Positions 36,910 through 42,075 of a stretch of DNA of 42,075 bases are shown here, one piece after another; positions within the stretch are counted from its first letter, which is position 1; every line of letters begins with the position of its first letter. The stretch covers positions 1 through 42,075 of the forward strand of contig JAJYLJ010000003.1 in the NCBI GenBank assembly GCA_021787835.1, read 5' to 3'. The stretch comes from Deltaproteobacteria bacterium. GTDB lineage: Bacteria > Desulfobacterota > Dissulfuribacteria > Dissulfuribacterales > Sh68. The position numbers were made by a program, and so were the translations under genes. Under the pieces are notes generated by a model that saw only the letters and a program-made list of their open reading frames with translations, was not told the origin of the DNA and ran no database searches.

Positions 36910-37856
36910 GCCTCTTCAATCCCTTCATTATAAGATTCAATATCTTTCACTCTGTCTTTTAAGAATTGCCTAATCTTCTTCTTTACCCTGGATTCTATCT
37001 GCCTTATCCTCTCTCTTGATACACCGAACTCCTCTCCAAGCTCTTGCAACGTTATCGGATCATCGGTAAGCATGCGTTTTTCAAAAATTATCTTCTCTTT
37101 TCCTTTGAGCGTGCCCCTCAAGTCTTCAAGGTGTTTTCTCAATTGAGCGAGCATCTCTTTCTTGGCGAAGGCAGATTCAATAGGAGGATCATGGCTTGGC
37201 AGGAAATCCATATGACTGTCATCTGAATTCTCTTGCATGGGGGCGTCGAGCGATACCTCCCATGATCCCATCCTTTGCTCCATGCCTATAACATCTTCTT
37301 CCGGCACGCCGAGGCTCTCAGAGATAAGCTTTGGAACCGGTTCGAAGCCAAGGGCGTAGAGCCGCTCCTTTTCCTTGCCTAAATTATAGAAGAGCTTTCT
37401 CTGGGCCTGTGTCGTTCCTATCTTGACCAGCCGCCAATTATCCATGATGAATTTTAATATATATGCCTTGATCCAAAAGGAGGCGTAATACGAAAACTTC
37501 ACGCCTTTATAAGGATCGAATTTCTTTACTGCGTGCATGAGCCCAATGCTTCCCTCCTGGACGAGGTCCATGAAGTTTTGCATCCAAAATTTTTGGAAAT
37601 CAAGGGCTATCTTCACGACAAGCCGGAGGTTGGCCGTCACTATCCTCGATGCGGCCATGGGATCATGGGTCTCATAGTATAACTTGGCCAGCCTCTCTTC
37701 TTCCTCCTTTGTCAAGAGTGGGTAATGGCCTATCTCGCTCATATATAACTGAATCGGATTTGTCTCGTCAGAAACCACCGCATCAAACCTGCCGAGCCTC
37801 AAAGCAGGCAGATTGCCCTTTCCTCTATTCACCTTCATCTTTATCCTATCCGCCAT
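36906..37856 (-). CDS. rpoH: RNA polymerase sigma factor RpoH (sigma-32)
   Basis: Sigma-70 regions 2-4 (LRLVVKIALDF, DLVQEGSIGLMHAVKKFDP) and an RpoH-box-like WRLVKIGTTQAQRKLFYNL. The start is set at MADRIKMK (ATG 37856). The track start at 37952 adds a 32-aa hydrophobic extension that looks spurious. Confidence 0.85.
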   Translation of the reverse strand: MADRIKMKVNRGKGNLPALRLGRFDAVVSDETNPIQLYMSEIGHYPLLTKEEEERLAKLYYETHDPMAASRIVTANLRLVVKIALDFQKFWMQNFMDLVQEGSIGLMHAVKKFDPYKGVKFSYYASFWIKAYILKFIMDNWRLVKIGTTQAQRKLFYNLGKEKERLYALGFEPVPKLISESLGVPEEDVIGMEQRMGSWEVSLDAPMQENSDDSHMDFLPSHDPPIESAFAKKEMLAQLRKHLEDLRGTLKGKEKIIFEKRMLTDDPITLQELGEEFGVSRERIRQIESRVKKKIRQFLKDRVKDIESYNEGIEEA

Positions 37857-38040
37857 CAGAACCTCTATAAAAATTGATAAATTAATTCTACAGCAAAAAC
37901 CTCTTTTCTCCAAAAGAATAAGAATACATCCACCAGTAAGAAACAAAATCAATATCTTGAAACCTGCCTAAAAAGATTTAAATTCCCTATCGAAAAAAAG
38001 GTACATATTCCATGCCTTCACGGCCTCTTGGCGCTTAAAA

Positions 38041-38382
38041 ATGACAATACTTTTAAAGACATCAATTTTACTTATGATATCAAATATATTTATGACATTT
38101 GCGTGGTATTCGCACCTAAGAAATCTCAGCGACAAAAAATGGTATATCGCGGCGATCTTTAGCTGGGGCATAGCGCTCTTTGAATATATGGTCCAGGTGC
38201 CTGCGAACCGCATAGGTTATCAGACACTGAATCTGTCGCAGCTAAAGATACTTCAGGAGGTCATAACCCTGTCTGTATTCGTGCCATTTGCCGTATTTTA
38301 CATGCATCAACCCATAAAATACGACTACCTTTGGGCCGCGCTCTGTATAATGGGGGCTGTCTATTTCATATTTAGAACCTAA
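38041..38382 (+). CDS. DMT-superfamily small membrane protein (DUF486-like)
   Basis: 113 aa with four hydrophobic segments. FAWYSHLR...WGIALFEYMVQVPANRIGY matches my recollection of the DUF486 family. Confidence 0.7.
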   Translation: MTILLKTSILLMISNIFMTFAWYSHLRNLSDKKWYIAAIFSWGIALFEYMVQVPANRIGYQTLNLSQLKILQEVITLSVFVPFAVFYMHQPIKYDYLWAALCIMGAVYFIFRT

Positions 38383-39582
38383 ATGAAAAACCCCGCGTGC
38401 GCAGTGGTGCTCAAGCAAGGGAGAGAGGCATCTGTCGCAAGGCGCCACCCCTGGCTTTTTTCAGGCGCGATCCAAAGGGTAAACGGTAGCCCCTGCATGG
38501 GCGAGACAGTCTCTGTAATGGCAAGTGACGGCAATGTGTTGGCATTTGGGGCATATTCTCCTCATTCACAGATCAGGGTGCGCATATGGACCTTTGAGAT
38601 GAAAGAAATAGGCCCTGCATTTTTGCGTTCAAGACTCGAGTGCGCCATTGAGGCCCGCAATAATATCAGGGTCGCTTCCCGCACGGATTCCTACCGGCTT
38701 GTAAATGCCGAGTCCGACGGCCTTCCAGGGCTCATAGTGGATAAATATGGCGCCTTTGTAGTCTGCCAGTTCCTTTCAGCCGGGGCTGAATACTGGCGGA
38801 ATGAGATAGCTGCACAGATAAACGGCCTTGTCTGGAACAGAGGCATTTATGAGCGTTCAGATACGGACTCCAGAACAAAAGAAGGGCTTGATTCTAGAGT
38901 GGGGGTCATATCGGGTGAAGAGCCCCCTGAATTTCTGGAAACGCTGGAGGGTGAATGCCGATTCCTTGTCGACATAAGACGCGGGCACAAGACAGGTTAT
39001 TATCTCGATCAAAGAGAGAACAGGCTGGCAGTTTCAAGATATGTATGGGGCCGCGAAGTCTTGAACTGTTTTTCATATACGGGCGGCTTTGGCGTCTGGG
39101 CGCTGAAAGGCGAGGCTAAAACGGTCACAAATATAGACACGTCCAAGGAGGCGCTTGAACTTGCCTCGCGTAACGTGGCACTAAACCATCTTGATACGGC
39201 AAGACTTGCCAACATCGAAGGAGATGTGTTCAAGGTCTTAAGGGCATACAGAGATACTGGGCGAGGCTTTGATGCAATCATACTCGATCCTCCTAAATTT
39301 GCGGGCACGAGGGCCGACATTGAAAAGGCGGCGAGAGGCTATAAAGATATAAATCTATTGGCGTTCAAGCTATTAAGGCAGGACGGCCTGCTCTTTACCT
39401 TTTCCTGTTCAGGGCTGTTGAAGCCAGAACTTTTTCAGAAGATCGTGGCAGACGCCGCGCTGGACGCAGGGAAAAACGTCCAGATAATAAAACGCATGGG
39501 ACAGGCGGAAGACCATCCTACAGCCCTTAATTTCCCTGAAGGGACCTATCTTAAAGGCCTTGCCTGTCTAGTCTGCGGTTAA
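38383..39582 (+). CDS. rlmI: 23S rRNA m5C methyltransferase RlmI-like (PUA + class I SAM MTase)
   Basis: 399 aa. N-terminal HPWLFSGAI, then RLVNAESDGLPGLIVDKYG, KTGYYLDQREN, NCFSYTGGFG, DPPKFA and LFTFSCS. Starts immediately after the upstream TAA. Confidence 0.85.
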   Translation: MKNPACAVVLKQGREASVARRHPWLFSGAIQRVNGSPCMGETVSVMASDGNVLAFGAYSPHSQIRVRIWTFEMKEIGPAFLRSRLECAIEARNNIRVASRTDSYRLVNAESDGLPGLIVDKYGAFVVCQFLSAGAEYWRNEIAAQINGLVWNRGIYERSDTDSRTKEGLDSRVGVISGEEPPEFLETLEGECRFLVDIRRGHKTGYYLDQRENRLAVSRYVWGREVLNCFSYTGGFGVWALKGEAKTVTNIDTSKEALELASRNVALNHLDTARLANIEGDVFKVLRAYRDTGRGFDAIILDPPKFAGTRADIEKAARGYKDINLLAFKLLRQDGLLFTFSCSGLLKPELFQKIVADAALDAGKNVQIIKRMGQAEDHPTALNFPEGTYLKGLACLVCG

Positions 39583-39672
39583 CACCGCAATAATGTTTAA
39601 GTGCATGACATCGATACGGCCGTTGTACTAGCCATCAGGCATGGCACCGGCCGGATTTATCCTCGCGCGCGG

Positions 39673-40914
39673 TCAAACCCGTGTCAGCGGTTTAAGGCTG
39701 TAAATATGCCGATCTGTAGCCCATATGATAATCGCCGTTACTGAATAGACAGCCCCAAGCGCGCAAACGCCGGCCCAGCCTTCATAACTGAATATCGCCG
39801 CAGAGGTTGCTGAACCAATCGAACCGCCGATAAAGAAACTCATCATATAGGCCGTGGTTAAGCGGCTTCTAGCCTCAGGCCTCAGCCTATATATCTCACT
39901 CTGGTTCAGTATATGGGTTCCCTGCACGCCGAAATCAAGCAGGATTATACCCATTACGAGAGACAATAGGCTTGTAGCGCCCATTGCCGCCAGCATAAAT
40001 GATATCAAAATCAAGCTCACGAAAAAACCCGTGGCGGATCTAGCATATCCCCTATCGGCCATTCTTCCGGCGATATTGGCACTTATAACACCTGATGCCC
40101 CTATCAGCCCGAACAATCCTATTACAGCATCGCTGTAGCCGTATGGGGGGCGGGACAAGATAAAGGTCAAGCTCGTCCATAACACGCTAAAGTCAGCAAA
40201 CACCAAGGCGCCGTATAGCGCCCTCTTCCTCAGGATGGGCTCCGTTCTCGCAAATTCCCAAACCGACCTCAACAATTGGACATAATTGAGCCTTGTATCG
40301 ACTTTATTTTCCGGGAGATTGATTGAAAGCAAAATAAAAAGGGCTGTTATAAATATAGAAGCAATTCCAAATACAAATCGCCAGCCAAGCAGAGATGATA
40401 TCATGCCACTTAATGTGCGTGCAAGAAGAATGCCCGTAAGAAGCCCACTCATTACTTGTCCGACGACCTTCCCTCTCTCATAATTAAGCGCAAGCGTAGC
40501 AGAAAATGGGACCAATATTTGAGCTACAACAGATGTCAATCCTATAGCTAATGATGATAGTATAAAAATTATAATTGAAGGGGAAAATGTAGCAGCTATA
40601 AGCGACAATACTAAAAAAAATAAAACAGAAAGTATTAGGTGTTTACGCTCAATAATATCTCCAAGAGGTACAAGAAACATCAATCCTAACACATAACCAA
40701 TCTGGGTAAAGGTAACAATAAACCCACTACTTATGGTATTGCAATGAAAGGTTTTGGCAATAGAATCAAGCAAAGGCTGCGACAAGTAAAGATTGGCGAC
40801 GCTGATTCCGCTTGCAATTGCAAATATAAAGACTATTCTAGGATTGAGGCGCTTAATATTTTCATGAGTTGTTATATAAATATTAACCGGTAAAGCGTCA
40901 TATTTTTTATTCAT
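39673..40914 (-). CDS. MFS transporter
   Basis: About 12 hydrophobic segments, with an MFS-type loop GDIIERKH between TM2 and TM3. The ATG at 40914 (MNKKYD) is preferred over the TTG at 40932. Confidence 0.8.
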   Translation of the reverse strand: MNKKYDALPVNIYITTHENIKRLNPRIVFIFAIASGISVANLYLSQPLLDSIAKTFHCNTISSGFIVTFTQIGYVLGLMFLVPLGDIIERKHLILSVLFFLVLSLIAATFSPSIIIFILSSLAIGLTSVVAQILVPFSATLALNYERGKVVGQVMSGLLTGILLARTLSGMISSLLGWRFVFGIASIFITALFILLSINLPENKVDTRLNYVQLLRSVWEFARTEPILRKRALYGALVFADFSVLWTSLTFILSRPPYGYSDAVIGLFGLIGASGVISANIAGRMADRGYARSATGFFVSLILISFMLAAMGATSLLSLVMGIILLDFGVQGTHILNQSEIYRLRPEARSRLTTAYMMSFFIGGSIGSATSAAIFSYEGWAGVCALGAVYSVTAIIIWATDRHIYSLKPLTRV

Positions 40915-41066
40915 AAATTTCAAGAGAATCAATGGCCGCTAGATATCATCGGCTTATCCTATCTCGCGCTTCTTGACCATAATATAGGCCGCATTGTCTG
41001 CCTTTGAGCACACTTGACTACATAAAGAGTCATATATTCAGATAGAAGAAAAAGGCGTTGGCTGCA

Positions 41067-41897
41067 TCATCTCTTGTCTGGCGTCATGGCCTTCTTGACG
41101 GCCCCTACAAATTCCCCAACATTTTTCACAAGCCCTGCCCCTGCCTTAAATACAGGACCTTTCCCGACAAGGTTCCGTTCGAGCAATTTGACGATCGCGC
41201 TTCCGACAATTACGCCGTCGGCATGCCTTGCCAACATCGCCGCCTGATCCGGCCTTGAAACGCCAAAGCCTACGGCCAAGGGCGTAGGCGTCATGGATTT
41301 TACCGTCTCTATGCCTTCAACCAGACCTTCGGGGAGCTCATTCCTGACGCCTGTAATGCCTGCGACCGAGACATAATAGACAAAACCTCGGCTTAAGGCG
41401 GCGATCTTTCTGGCCCTCTCTGGCGGGGTGGTGGGGGCGACTAGAAGTATATTGTCGATGCCGCACCTGCGCGAGACCGCATGCCAGTCTCCAGCTTCTT
41501 CCATGGGAAGATCAGGTATGATAGTACCGTCAAGTCCTGCGCCTGCAAACGCCTTGGCAAAACCCTCGATGCCGAACTGTAGGATCGGGTTATAGTAACC
41601 CATGAACACCAGGGGGATATCGCTCTTCCGCCTTATCCGCCCGATGAGTTTTACAGCGTCGTCAGGGGTGATGCCTCGGGCCAATGCGCGGTTGCTTGCC
41701 GCCTGTATTACAGGCCCGTCCGCCAGCGGGTCTGAAAATGGAAATCCCAGTTCTATGATGTCGGCCCCCCTCTTTTCCATTTCCATCACCAGGGCCTCGG
41801 TGACATCAAGATCAGGGTCTCCCATTGTCACAAACGGTATGAGGGCCGCTTCCCCTTTTAATTTAAGCTTTTTAAAAACCCCTGCGATACGGCTCAT
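41067..41897 (-). CDS. trpA: Tryptophan synthase alpha chain
   Basis: 276 aa. Motifs [29 protein letters not shown] and GFGVS. ATGA overlap with trpB. Confidence 0.95.
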   Translation of the reverse strand: MSRIAGVFKKLKLKGEAALIPFVTMGDPDLDVTEALVMEMEKRGADIIELGFPFSDPLADGPVIQAASNRALARGITPDDAVKLIGRIRRKSDIPLVFMGYYNPILQFGIEGFAKAFAGAGLDGTIIPDLPMEEAGDWHAVSRRCGIDNILLVAPTTPPERARKIAALSRGFVYYVSVAGITGVRNELPEGLVEGIETVKSMTPTPLAVGFGVSRPDQAAMLARHADGVIVGSAIVKLLERNLVGKGPVFKAGAGLVKNVGEFVGAVKKAMTPDKR

Positions 41898-42075
41898 CTC
41901 TCCACCCCTTGTCCCCTTGCCTTAAAAATCTCCGATACTGTCGCAACGTCTTTATCCCCCCTGCCCGAAAGGTTTAAGACCACTATCCGTCCTTTCTTAA
42001 ATTTATGAGCGTCTTTTTTCAGATAGGCCACAGCATGAGCGCTCTCCAGTGCAGGGATAATCCCCTCCAGTTCCG
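41894..42075 (-). CDS. trpB: Tryptophan synthase beta chain, C-terminal end (partial, continues past the right edge)
   Basis: Hand translation gives [59 protein letters not shown]-stop. [12 protein letters not shown] and LSGRGDKD are TrpB C-terminal signatures. Confidence 0.9.
   Translation of the reverse strand, partial: ELEGIIPALESAHAVAYLKKDAHKFKKGRIVVLNLSGRGDKDVATVSEIFKARGQGVER

Noticed and set aside
7178-37952. Long N-terminal extensions given by the ORF track for the biotin carboxylase (start 8677), its partner subunit (7200), macA (22534), rpoH (37952) and the MFS gene (40932)
   Set aside because: Internal starts have better SD spacing or remove overlaps with upstream genes, and they restore family-typical N-termini. 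I used these shorter coordinates for all five genes.
37968-38213. 81-aa minus-strand ORF
   Set aside because: It is overlapped by the plus-strand DUF486-type DMT membrane protein gene, which has a coherent four-helix hydrophobic pattern and abuts rlmI.

Overview
42,075-bp chromosomal segment of a Gram-negative anaerobe. The gene content (a triheme c7-type cytochrome, a large multiheme c-type cytochrome, a two-subunit biotin carboxylase, RpoH, and LpxC/Lol/BamE-like envelope genes) fits a Desulfobacterota (delta-proteobacterium-like) genome, but taxonomy cannot be proven from this window. I support about 45 genes, mostly housekeeping and mostly on the minus strand. In order they are: radA (partial, hand-found at the left edge), an orphan sensor kinase, a 598-aa multiheme cytochrome, adk, a pycB/pycA-like carboxylase, pcm, DedA, a translationally coupled biotin/LPS-core operon (bioF, bioH-like, bioC, LPS kinase, GT4), a c7-like cytochrome, lpxC, a decayed era remnant, rnc, a TolC-MacA-MacB efflux operon, lysS-lolC/E, uvrC, speE, tRNA-Pro(UGG), an rpoH-TPR operon, a DUF486-type DMT protein, rlmI, an MFS transporter, trpA and trpB (partial). 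The stand-out region is a strongly AT-rich block (about 29.8-33.1 kb) beside tRNA-Pro, together with the gene that follows it. It holds a small HExxH protein, an FmdB zinc-ribbon protein and an HspR-like MerR regulator fused to a double PCWE cysteine/tryptophan motif. A 934-bp nearly all-A/T spacer then leads to two tandem paralogous ~80-aa glycine-zipper membrane proteins that I cannot place in any described family, and then a divergent FtsH paralogue with a 4-Cys tail that converges on the rpoH operon. I propose this as a candidate uncharacterised stress/membrane-proteostasis module; the function is inference only. The second notable observation is that era, downstream of rnc, is a pseudogene-like remnant with an in-frame stop, two frame switches and loss of the G4/G5 region. 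I saw no CRISPR array, rRNA, transposase or integrase. All calls come from reading the sequence and the ORF track by eye; no searches were run.
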